The position numbers and the translations under genes were made by a program. The notes beneath the pieces were generated by a model. The model worked only from the letters and a program-made list of their open reading frames with translations. It was not told the DNA's origin and did not search any database. A DNA stretch of 37,797 nt. Source: an uncultured Aequorivita sp. GTDB taxonomy: Bacteria; Bacteroidota; Bacteroidia; Flavobacteriales; Flavobacteriaceae. This document shows positions 9,126 to 17,388 of this stretch, in pieces. Positions within the stretch are counted from its first letter, which is position 1, and the number at the start of each line of letters is the position of its first letter. The stretch lies in contig CAYXDM010000001.1 in NCBI GenBank assembly GCA_964463595.1, positions 8,130 through 45,926 on the forward strand, written 5' to 3'.

Positions 9126-11261
9126 ATGAAAAACTTGGCACTTCTTTCATTTGCTTATGTTATTTTTGCACTCTCATTAACAGCGCAAAACACTTCCGAT
9201 AAAAATATGGAAATCCGTCCCCCAGTTGCAGAAAAAATAGCAAAGGAACTTAAGGCCCACGGCGATGTCCGTTTGGATGATTACTATTGGCTCAATAATC
9301 CTGAGGATCCCAAAGTAATCGATTATTTGAATGCGGAAAACGATTATTACGATCAGAAGACCGCCCATACCAAAAAACTGAAGGAAGATCTTTTTGAGGA
9401 GATGAAGGCCCGTATCAAGGAGGATGACCAATCGGTTCCATATAAATTGAATGGTTATTATTACATCACCCGTTTTGAGAAAGGACAGGATTATCCTATC
9501 TACACGCGCAAAAAAGGTTCGTTGGATGCAAAAGAGGAAATACTTTTTAATGTGAACGAGATGGCCAAGGGATATTCCTATTATAATTTGGCCGGTATCA
9601 ATGTTTCGGAGGACAATAAATTGGTTTCCTTCGGCGTAGACACGCTGAGCAGAAGAAAGTATGATATTTATATAAAAAATTTGGAAACGGGAGAGATTTA
9701 TCCTGAATCCATTCCCCTGACTACCGGAGGCTCCACCTGGGGAAGCGACAACAAAACATTGTTCTACACTCGAAAGGATGAAAAAACCCTTCGCGCAGAT
9801 AGGATATATAGACATACCCTCGGTACGCTATCAAATATGGATGAATTAGTATTTAGCGAGGAGGACGAAACTTTTGGGACCTATGTTTACAAATCGAAAT
9901 CACGAAAGTATATCATCATAGGCTCCTACAGTACCCTCACTTCCGAATTCCGGATTTTGGAGGCAGATAATCCCTTGGGGGAATTCAGGATCTTCCAGCC
10001 ACGCGAGCGAGGCCTGGAGTACAGCATCTCGCATTATAACGATCATTGGTATGTGTTGACCAATAAGGATGACGCCCTTAATTTTAAGTTGATGAATACA
10101 CCTTTGGAAAAAACGACGAAGGAAAACTGGGTGGATATGATCCCCCATAGAAAGGATGTATTGTTGGAGGATATCGATATTTTCAAGGAATTTCTGGTGG
10201 TAAGCGAGAGGAATAACGGTCTTACCCAGATCCGGATCAAAAGATGGGACCACGAGGAAGATTATTATTTGCCCTTTGACAATGAGACTTATACCGCCTT
10301 TACCACCCAAAATCCCGAGTTTGATACCACGCTTCTTCGCTATGGGTACAACGCTTTAAACACGCCTGCCTCAATTATTGATTTTAATATGGAGACCAAG
10401 GAAAAAACGGTGTTGAAGGAAACCGAGGTGCTGGGCGGAAAGTTTGATAAGAACAATTATGTTTCCGAGCGTCTATGGGCCACCGCCTCTGATGGGAAAA
10501 AAATTGCTATTTCAGTAATATATCGGAAGGGAATAAAGAAAGACGGTACGAATCCGCTTTTGATTTACGGGTACGGTTCATACGGGGCTACCATAGATCC
10601 GTATTTCTCCACCGTTCGGCTGAGTCTATTGGACCGCGGCTTTGTTTTTGCAATTGCCCACGTCCGTGGAGGGGAATATCTCGGCCGGGAATGGTATGAG
10701 GACGGAAAATTGCTGAAAAAGACCAATACCTTCACCGATTTTGTGGCTGCATCGGCTTTTATGGTGGAACAGGGATATACCTCTCCCCAACATCTCTATG
10801 CCTCTGGCGGCTCGGCAGGAGGATTATTAATGGGAGCCATTGCGAATATGGCGCCGGAACTGTACAATGGCATAATCGCTTCGGTTCCTTTCGTCGATGT
10901 GCTTACGACCATGCTGGATGATTCCATCCCCCTGACCACGGGGGAATATGATGAATGGGGAAATCCGAACTTCAAGGATTACTATAACTATATCAAGGCC
11001 TATTCTCCCTATGATAATGTGGAGGCAAAAGAATATCCAAATATGCTGGTTACCACAGGGCTGCACGATAGCCAAGTGCAATATTATGAACCTGCAAAGT
11101 GGGTGGCAAAGCTCCGGGACATGAAAACCGACAACAATTTGCTTTTGTTCCATACCAATATGAAGGCAGGACATGGAGGAGCATCTGGCCGTTTTGAAGC
11201 CTTGAAGGAGGTGGCCAGGGATTATGCTTTTTTGTTGGATTTGGAAGGAATCAGGGAGTAA
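9126..11261 (+). CDS. ptrB: Oligopeptidase B (protease II), S9A family, with Sec signal peptide
   Basis: HGDVRLDDYYWL, HVRGG, GGSAGG nucleophile, EYDEWGNP, HDSQV and GHGG; signal peptide ending LTA-Q. Confidence 0.93.
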   Translation: MKNLALLSFAYVIFALSLTAQNTSDKNMEIRPPVAEKIAKELKAHGDVRLDDYYWLNNPEDPKVIDYLNAENDYYDQKTAHTKKLKEDLFEEMKARIKEDDQSVPYKLNGYYYITRFEKGQDYPIYTRKKGSLDAKEEILFNVNEMAKGYSYYNLAGINVSEDNKLVSFGVDTLSRRKYDIYIKNLETGEIYPESIPLTTGGSTWGSDNKTLFYTRKDEKTLRADRIYRHTLGTLSNMDELVFSEEDETFGTYVYKSKSRKYIIIGSYSTLTSEFRILEADNPLGEFRIFQPRERGLEYSISHYNDHWYVLTNKDDALNFKLMNTPLEKTTKENWVDMIPHRKDVLLEDIDIFKEFLVVSERNNGLTQIRIKRWDHEEDYYLPFDNETYTAFTTQNPEFDTTLLRYGYNALNTPASIIDFNMETKEKTVLKETEVLGGKFDKNNYVSERLWATASDGKKIAISVIYRKGIKKDGTNPLLIYGYGSYGATIDPYFSTVRLSLLDRGFVFAIAHVRGGEYLGREWYEDGKLLKKTNTFTDFVAASAFMVEQGYTSPQHLYASGGSAGGLLMGAIANMAPELYNGIIASVPFVDVLTTMLDDSIPLTTGEYDEWGNPNFKDYYNYIKAYSPYDNVEAKEYPNMLVTTGLHDSQVQYYEPAKWVAKLRDMKTDNNLLLFHTNMKAGHGGASGRFEALKEVARDYAFLLDLEGIRE

Positions 11262-11275
11262 TAAAAATATTTCCG

Positions 11276-11283
11276 TACCTTTG
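11276..11283 (+). promoter_or_regulatory. -7 promoter element (TACCTTTG)
   Basis: Exact TAnnTTTG between the ptrB stop and the ATG at 11340. Confidence 0.6.
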
Positions 11284-11339
11284 CAACGTTTGAAAATTAA
11301 GTCTATGCCGAGTATTGGTTGTAACAAACTCCCTCTTTT

Positions 11340-12377
11340 ATGAAAGAAGAAATCCAGGCCTACAACAATGTATTGGACCTTATTGGCAATACACCCTTGA
11401 TAAAACTTAGCAAGATTGCCAAGAAAATGAAGGGTAATTATTTTGCGAAGGTAGAGGCCTTCAACCCCGGCCACTCCACTAAGGACAGAATTGCAGTTTA
11501 CATAATTGAGCAGGCAGAGAAGAAGGGAATCCTAAAACCTGGCGATACGATTATTGAAACTACCAGTGGGAATACCGGATTTAGTTTGGCCCTGGTCAGT
11601 ATAATTAAAGGTTACGAATGTATCCTTGCCGTAAGTTCGAAATCCTCGGCCGATAAAATTGACATGTTGAAGTCCCTTGGAGCCAAAGTATATGTATGCC
11701 CCGCCCACGTTAGTGCGGATGATCCACGTTCCTATTATGAAGTGGCCAAAAGACTGCACAAGGAAAATGAGGGGTCGATATATATAAACCAATACTTCAA
11801 CGAACTGAATATCGATGCCCATTATTATTCCACCGGCCCCGAAATTTGGGAACAGACCAATGGGAAAATAACCCATCTGGTAGCCTGTAGTGGTACCGGC
11901 GGAACTATCTCCGGCACGGCGCGTTTTCTGAAGGAAAAAAACCCCGATATTAAGGTGATCGGGATAGATGCCTACGGTTCCGTGCTCCAAAAATACCACC
12001 AGACCGGGCAATTTGATGAAAACGAAATCTATCCCTATCGTATCGAAGGGCTGGGAAAAAATTTGATTCCCACAGCTACCGATTTCGATGTTATTGACAA
12101 ATTCGAGAAGGTAACCGACGAAAGCAGTGCCCATACCGCGCGTGAACTGGCGAAGACAGAAGGACTTTTTGTGGGATATACCAGTGGTGCTGCCATGCAG
12201 GGGCTTAAGCAATTGGAAGAGGAGGGTGAATTTTCTGAGGGCGACAACATCGTGGTGATTTTTCCCGACCATGGTTCCCGTTATATGAGCAAGATCTTTA
12301 ACGATAAATGGATGAACGATCAAGGTTTTTTCGATGCGGAGACTTCGGAAATACAAAAAATCGAATATGTGAAGTAA
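11340..12377 (+). CDS. PLP-dependent cysteine synthase / cystathionine beta-synthase family protein; candidate cysteate synthase (CapA-like)
   Basis: [14 protein letters not shown] (PLP Lys), [18 protein letters not shown] and FPDHGSRY. The family call is firm; the CapA role is inferred from the nearby oxoamine synthase. Confidence 0.88.
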   Translation: MKEEIQAYNNVLDLIGNTPLIKLSKIAKKMKGNYFAKVEAFNPGHSTKDRIAVYIIEQAEKKGILKPGDTIIETTSGNTGFSLALVSIIKGYECILAVSSKSSADKIDMLKSLGAKVYVCPAHVSADDPRSYYEVAKRLHKENEGSIYINQYFNELNIDAHYYSTGPEIWEQTNGKITHLVACSGTGGTISGTARFLKEKNPDIKVIGIDAYGSVLQKYHQTGQFDENEIYPYRIEGLGKNLIPTATDFDVIDKFEKVTDESSAHTARELAKTEGLFVGYTSGAAMQGLKQLEEEGEFSEGDNIVVIFPDHGSRYMSKIFNDKWMNDQGFFDAETSEIQKIEYVK

Positions 12378-12426
12378 AGGTATCTCCCTACAGAAATATA
12401 AACCTCTAAGTCATTAAATCACCCTG

Positions 12427-12467
12427 AACCAAACAGTCCGTACCGTGGAAGTGTTTGGTTTTGTCTT
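12427..12467 (+). terminator. Putative hairpin terminator after the CBS-like gene
   Basis: AACCAAACA (12427-12435) pairs with TGTTTGGTT (12452-12460), followed by a T-rich tail. Confidence 0.4.
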
Positions 12468-12475
12468 TACATTTG
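12468..12475 (+). promoter_or_regulatory. -7 promoter element (TACATTTG) for the MFS gene
   Basis: Exact TAnnTTTG about 45 nt before the MFS start. Confidence 0.55.
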
Positions 12476-12520
12476 CTTTTTGCCTTCTATGTACCGGTTC
12501 CTTATTAATAAACGGTGATC

Positions 12521-13744
12521 ATGTCCCTGAATCTGAAACAATCCAGCACCGCAAGTGCATCCGTAGTTGAGAAAACCGTATATCCCATACTTTTTGCGAT
12601 TGCTTTTTCCCATCTTATAAATGATCTTCTACAGATTATCATTCCCTCCATCTATCCAATGCTAAGGGAGAAATACGGATTGAGTTTTACCCAAATCGGC
12701 TTTATAACCTTTGCCTATCAGCTAACGGCTTCTCTCCTGCAACCCATAGTAGGCTTTAAGACCGATAAAAAACCGTTGCCCTATTCTCTGGTTTATGCCA
12801 TGTGCTTTACGATGTTTGGCTTGGTATTGTTGGCATTTGCCACTAATTATTACATCATTCTTATCTCCGTGGGGTTAGTAGGAATAGGCTCCTCTATTTT
12901 TCACCCGGAAGCATCCCGGGTAGCTTATCTGGGCTCTGGGGGTAAACGTGGATTGGCACAATCCATATTTCAGGTGGGAGGAAATTCAGGAACGGCAATT
13001 GGGCCCTTATTGGTTATCCTGATTGTAATTCCGTATGGGCAAACACATATTTTGTGGTTTTTGATCCTTTCGGTGGTGGCCATAGTCGTACTTTCCCAAA
13101 TCGCCCGCTGGTATAAGAAATTTTTGGCCTTGAGGGAAAGCAATAAATTGAGATCAACGGAATTCCCGCCCCGCTTACGTAAAAAACAAGTTAAGGGAGC
13201 CATTGGAATCCTCTTGGTCCTGATTTTTTCGAAATACATCTATATGACCAGTATCAGTAGTTATTTTACGTTCTACCTTATAGATAAATTTGGAGTAAGC
13301 ATCCCGGAATCACAATTTTACCTATTCTTATTTTTCGGTTCTGTTGCTTTGGGAACCTTTTTGGGTGGACCCTTGGGCGATCGCTTCGGAAGAAAATATG
13401 TGATCTGGTTTTCCATTCTGGGTTCTGCGCCCTTTGCGTTATTGCTACCGTACGTCGATTTGTTTTGGACTGGAGCACTTGTGGTTATGGTGGGGCTGGT
13501 ATTGTCTTCGGCCTTTTCGGCTATCCTGGTTTTTGCGCAGGAACTCTTGCCTGGAAAAGTAGGAATGATATCGGGATTGTTCTTCGGATTTGCCTTTGGA
13601 ATAGCAGGCCTGGGTTCCGCATTTTTAGGATATTTGGCGGACAACACCAGCATCGAATTTGTATATAGATTATGTTCCTTTTTGCCACTTATAGGTGGGG
13701 TCGCATATTTCCTGCCCAATTTGCGACACAGATTTGAAAAATAG
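12521..13744 (+). CDS. fsr: MFS transporter, Fsr (fosmidomycin resistance) family
   Basis: About 12 TM helices; SHLINDL, SSIFHPEASR, RGLAQSIFQVGGN, GGPLGDRFGRK and AQELLPG motifs. Alternative GTG start at 12515. Confidence 0.85.
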   Translation: MSLNLKQSSTASASVVEKTVYPILFAIAFSHLINDLLQIIIPSIYPMLREKYGLSFTQIGFITFAYQLTASLLQPIVGFKTDKKPLPYSLVYAMCFTMFGLVLLAFATNYYIILISVGLVGIGSSIFHPEASRVAYLGSGGKRGLAQSIFQVGGNSGTAIGPLLVILIVIPYGQTHILWFLILSVVAIVVLSQIARWYKKFLALRESNKLRSTEFPPRLRKKQVKGAIGILLVLIFSKYIYMTSISSYFTFYLIDKFGVSIPESQFYLFLFFGSVALGTFLGGPLGDRFGRKYVIWFSILGSAPFALLLPYVDLFWTGALVVMVGLVLSSAFSAILVFAQELLPGKVGMISGLFFGFAFGIAGLGSAFLGYLADNTSIEFVYRLCSFLPLIGGVAYFLPNLRHRFEK

Positions 13745-13871
13745 CAATCCATAGGTCTTGAGTGTCAAATGCCATTGGGCAGGGATGTTTTTCCATCCAT
13801 CAGCTATTGTCTCGTAATCACAAATGAAATGCTTCTCCACAAATTAATTATGCATATCACTAATATTTCGT

Positions 13872-13879
13872 TAAATTTG
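13872..13879 (+). promoter_or_regulatory. -7 promoter element (TAAATTTG)
   Basis: Exact TAnnTTTG ending 23 nt before the ATG at 13903. Confidence 0.6.
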
Positions 13880-13902
13880 CCCCCGGTTAAAATAAAAAAT
13901 TG

Positions 13903-15168
13903 ATGAGAGACTTATTCGAAAAAATCTATAAAGATAAGGGTCCATTGGGAAAATGGGCGGAACAGGCGGAAGGCTATTTTGTTTTTCCAAAACTTGAGGG
14001 GCCGATTTCAAATAGAATGAAATTTAACGGGCGGGAAGTGGTGACCTGGAGTATCAACGATTATCTGGGATTGGCCAATCACCCCGAGGTCCGGAAGGTA
14101 GATGCAGAGGCGGGAGCCAAGTGGGGTTCAGCTTATCCCATGGGCGCACGGATGATGAGTGGACATACGGAACTTCACGAACAACTTCAGCGCGAACTGG
14201 CTGCTTTTGTGATGAAGGAAGCCGCTTATCTTTTAAATTTTGGTTATCAAGGCATGGTCTCCACTATTGATGCCCTTGTTTCAAAAGATGATGTAATCGT
14301 TTATGATGTTGATGCCCACGCCTGTATTATCGATGGCGTACGCCTTCATTTGGGACAACGGTTCACTTACAAGCACAACGATATGGAAAGTATCGAAAAG
14401 AATCTGCAACGTGCTACCAGGGTAGCCGAAAAATCCGGAGGTGGAATTTTGCTGATTTCCGAAGGAGTTTTTGGAATGCGGGGAGAACAAGGAAAACTGA
14501 AAGAGATAATTGCACTTAAGAAAAAATATAATTTCCGTTTTTTTGTTGATGACGCCCACGGTTTTGGAACCCTGGGGAAAACTGGGGCCGGAGCAGGGGA
14601 GGAGCAGGGAGTCCAGGATGGTATAGATGTTTATTTTGCTACTTTTGCAAAATCCATGGCCAGTTCGGGAGCCTTTATTGCTGCGGACGAGGAAATAATA
14701 AACTACCTAAAATACAATTTGCGGTCGCAGATGTTTGCCAAATCCCTCCAAATGCAATTGGTAGAGGGAGCCTTAAAGCGCCTGGAAATGATCCGCACCA
14801 TGCCCGAGTTAAAGGAAAAACTTTGGGAAAATGTCAATGCACTACAAGGAGGGCTCCGCGAAAGAGGATTTGACCTCGGTACCACCCAAAGCTGCGTAAC
14901 CCCTGTTTACCTGAAAGGAAGCATTCCAGAAGCCATGGCCCTGGTAAAGGATCTTCGTGAAAATCACGGAATTTTCTGTTCCATAGTGGTGTATCCGGTT
15001 ATCCCGAAAGGCTTGATCCTGTTGCGGATGATTCCCACTGCTACGCACGAAATGGAAGATATCCAGGAAACCTTGGAGGCATTTTCCGCCATTCGGGAAC
15101 GCTTGGAAAATGGCACTTACAAAAGACTTTCCTCCGCTGTTGCCGAAGCTATGGGCGACAAAATATAA
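13903..15168 (+). CDS. PLP-dependent alpha-oxoamine synthase (aminotransferase class I/II fold; SPT/BioF/Kbl family); candidate cysteate-fatty acyltransferase (CapB/SulA-like)
   Basis: SINDYLGL, GARMMSG, AHACIIDG, HND, EGVFGM.G, DDAHG and TFAKS (PLP Lys). The N-terminus GPLGKW...AEGYFVFPKLEG is the type I recall from Bacteroidota sulfonolipid acyltransferases. Confidence 0.88.
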   Translation: MRDLFEKIYKDKGPLGKWAEQAEGYFVFPKLEGPISNRMKFNGREVVTWSINDYLGLANHPEVRKVDAEAGAKWGSAYPMGARMMSGHTELHEQLQRELAAFVMKEAAYLLNFGYQGMVSTIDALVSKDDVIVYDVDAHACIIDGVRLHLGQRFTYKHNDMESIEKNLQRATRVAEKSGGGILLISEGVFGMRGEQGKLKEIIALKKKYNFRFFVDDAHGFGTLGKTGAGAGEEQGVQDGIDVYFATFAKSMASSGAFIAADEEIINYLKYNLRSQMFAKSLQMQLVEGALKRLEMIRTMPELKEKLWENVNALQGGLRERGFDLGTTQSCVTPVYLKGSIPEAMALVKDLRENHGIFCSIVVYPVIPKGLILLRMIPTATHEMEDIQETLEAFSAIRERLENGTYKRLSSAVAEAMGDKI

Positions 15169-15198
15169 TTGGATCAAAAAATTTGAAGTACAATAAGC

Positions 15199-15238
15199 GC
15201 GGCGCCCCAACATAAATTGGGGCGTCACTTTTTATTTT
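15199..15238 (+). terminator. Rho-independent terminator
   Basis: GGCGCCCCAA / TTGGGGCGTC stem with a 6-nt loop, followed by ACTTTTTATTTT, about 30 nt after the stop. Confidence 0.8.
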
Positions 15239-15358
15239 AATATCCAAGAACTTTTTACTGCCCCAACCATTTAAGCACATCTGAGAAAGATCGGTAGAAG
15301 GCATTCGCTCCTTTATAGGATCTTCAATTACTTTCCAACTTTTATCAGCGTATTGATT

Positions 15359-15390
15359 AAACCTTGCAGGTTTTAAAATCTGCAAGGTTT
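15359..15390. repeat. 32-bp palindromic REP-like element
   Basis: AAACCTTGCAGGTTTTAAAATCTGCAAGGTTT has 15 of 16 positions complementary, and the first half is itself a quasi-palindrome. It lies just after the SSS stop codon. Confidence 0.6.
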
Positions 15391-15406
15391 TACTGAAAGC
15401 ATGGGT

Positions 15407-17089
15407 TTATTGAATTTCCTTTTTGGGGAGGATTACCTGGAGAAAAATGGCGATCCCCATTACAATGGCGCAACCCACCAAGTTCAGCCAGAGGTAAGGC
15501 ATCAGGTCCACATACCAAAAATATATGATGACGGCCTGGGTAATAAGGGCGGCAATAAATACCGCCTTTCCCTGTACATAGCGAATAAAGAAGGCCAGCA
15601 GAAAAATTCCCAGTACGTTCCCATAAAAAATGGAACCGATAATATTTACCAATTGAATAAGGTTGTCAAACAAATTGGCTGTACAGGCAACCAAAATTGC
15701 AATTATTCCCCAGAGCAGAGTAAACCCGCGGGATACGGCAACGTAATGCTTTTCTCTTTTCCCGGGAACATTTCTTTTATATAGATCCATGGTCGTGGTG
15801 CTTCCCAGGGCATTCAGTTCTGAAGAGGTGGATGACATTGCGGCACTGAGGATTACAGCCAAAAGCAACCCAATAAGGCCCCGTGGCAGATTGGTGAGTA
15901 TAAAATGGATGAAAACATAATCCTTATCATTCGTTTCGGCCTGGGGATTGGCCTTTTTAATAAGTGCGACCGATTCCTTTCGAAGTTCGTCCTCGGAAAG
16001 GTTAAGAGCATGGATCTCGGCAGTGAGCCGTTGCTTTTGGAGCTCGTTTTCGGCTTTGGAATATTCTATTTGCGACTGGGCGCGCTGCCCTTCAATTAGG
16101 TCTTTTTGTTTTTCCAAATCGCTAAATTCTTCGGAATAAGGTGAATTTTTAACGTCCTTTACAGCCGAAGGGTTAAAATGTAGGGGCGAAGGGTTAAACT
16201 GATAAAACACAAATACCATAATGCCAACCAGAAGAATAAAGAACTGCATGGGCACTTTCAACAGACCGTTCATTATCAATCCCATTTGGCTCTGTTTTAC
16301 GCTTCTTCCCGAAAGGTAGCGCTGTACTTGGCTTTGATCGGTTCCAAAATAGGAGAGAGCCAAAAAGGTCCCACCGATTATCCCGCTCCAAAAAGTATAT
16401 CTATTGTCAAGGTCAAAGGAAAAATCGAGGATATCCATTTTACCATTTGCCCCGGCTATTTCAAGGGCTTTGGAAAAGGTGACATCCAGGGGCAGGTAAT
16501 TCAGGATCAGGAGGAAAGCAATGAGCATCCCGATAAAAATGACCGCCATCTGCTGTTTTTGTGTGATACTTACCGCTCTGGTGCCACCACTTACCGTGTA
16601 GATTATAACCAAAACCCCAATGATGATATTCAAATAAATCAAATTCCACCCCAGAACCGCGGAGAGGATTATGGAAGGTGCAAAAATCGTGATTCCACAG
16701 GCCAGCCCCCGTTGTATTAAGAATAGAATGGCGGTGAGCGTTCGGGTCTTTTTATCGAAACGGCTTTCCAAATATTCGTATGCGGTGTAAACGTTGAGTT
16801 TGTGAAAAATCGGGATAAAGACCATGCAAATAATAATCATGGCAATGGGCAATCCAAAATAAAACTGCACAAACCCCATTCCATCGTGAAAGGCCTGGCC
16901 TGGGGTGGAAAGAAATGTTATGGCACTGGCCTGTGTAGCCATTACACTTAGCCCGATGGTCCACCAATTTGCCGTGTTTCCACCTTTTAGATAATCTCCC
17001 ACATCGCGCTGCCTCCGTGCAGCCCAAGTGCCGTAAAGAACGATGAAGAGCAGGGTTCCAATTAAAACAATCCAATCTATTTGCTGCAT
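15407..17089 (-). CDS. Sodium:solute symporter (SSS/SLC5) family transporter
   Basis: SVMATQASAITFL, TAYEYLESRF, YTVSGG..AV, GTDQSQVQRYL and AAMSSTSSELN motifs; many TM helices. Confidence 0.93.
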   Translation of the reverse strand: MQQIDWIVLIGTLLFIVLYGTWAARRQRDVGDYLKGGNTANWWTIGLSVMATQASAITFLSTPGQAFHDGMGFVQFYFGLPIAMIIICMVFIPIFHKLNVYTAYEYLESRFDKKTRTLTAILFLIQRGLACGITIFAPSIILSAVLGWNLIYLNIIIGVLVIIYTVSGGTRAVSITQKQQMAVIFIGMLIAFLLILNYLPLDVTFSKALEIAGANGKMDILDFSFDLDNRYTFWSGIIGGTFLALSYFGTDQSQVQRYLSGRSVKQSQMGLIMNGLLKVPMQFFILLVGIMVFVFYQFNPSPLHFNPSAVKDVKNSPYSEEFSDLEKQKDLIEGQRAQSQIEYSKAENELQKQRLTAEIHALNLSEDELRKESVALIKKANPQAETNDKDYVFIHFILTNLPRGLIGLLLAVILSAAMSSTSSELNALGSTTTMDLYKRNVPGKREKHYVAVSRGFTLLWGIIAILVACTANLFDNLIQLVNIIGSIFYGNVLGIFLLAFFIRYVQGKAVFIAALITQAVIIYFWYVDLMPYLWLNLVGCAIVMGIAIFLQVILPKKEIQ

Positions 17090-17090
17090 G

Positions 17091-17201
17091 CTAGGAAAAA
17101 TTTTGCATTAGTACATAAAACAAATAGATATATACGGCATTGAAAAGGAGCACGAAAGTATAACTCCATTTCCAGACAAATTTCTGTTTTTCGGGTCTCA
17201 T
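17091..17201 (-). CDS. 36-aa single-TM membrane microprotein upstream of the SSS gene (absent from the ORF track)
   Basis: Hand translation: MRPEKQKFVWKWSYTFVLLFNAVYIYLFYVLMQNFS*. Basic N-terminus plus one hydrophobic helix, an A-rich upstream region, and a TAG ending 1 nt before the SSS ATG. Confidence 0.7.
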   Translation of the reverse strand: MRPEKQKFVWKWSYTFVLLFNAVYIYLFYVLMQNFS

Positions 17202-17388
17202 CTAATTCTTTTTATAATTTGGCACAGCCTGGGTCCGCAAGGTCTTGACGTTTTGTGTTTTCAGGAGATAAATTCCTTTTTTGTCTCTCTTCCAACGTGA
17301 AAATAACTTCAATAAAGATTAATACGGACAGATTTCCCTAAACCCAGACCAGTTTTTAAAAATACGAAAAACCGCAGTCACAAATCGT

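Noticed and set aside
11532-12356. 274-aa antisense ORF (also 9177-9815, 10827-11474, 25642-26163, 35893-36495 and other shadow ORFs)
   Set aside because: They lie opposite well-supported genes and show no recognisable motifs; they are explained by codon bias on the sense strand.
15149-15385. 78-aa minus ORF and an alternative-frame fragment (KGANAFYRSFSDVLKWLGQ*)
   Set aside because: The ORF runs through a terminator and the REP-like palindrome, and I recognise no family in either frame.
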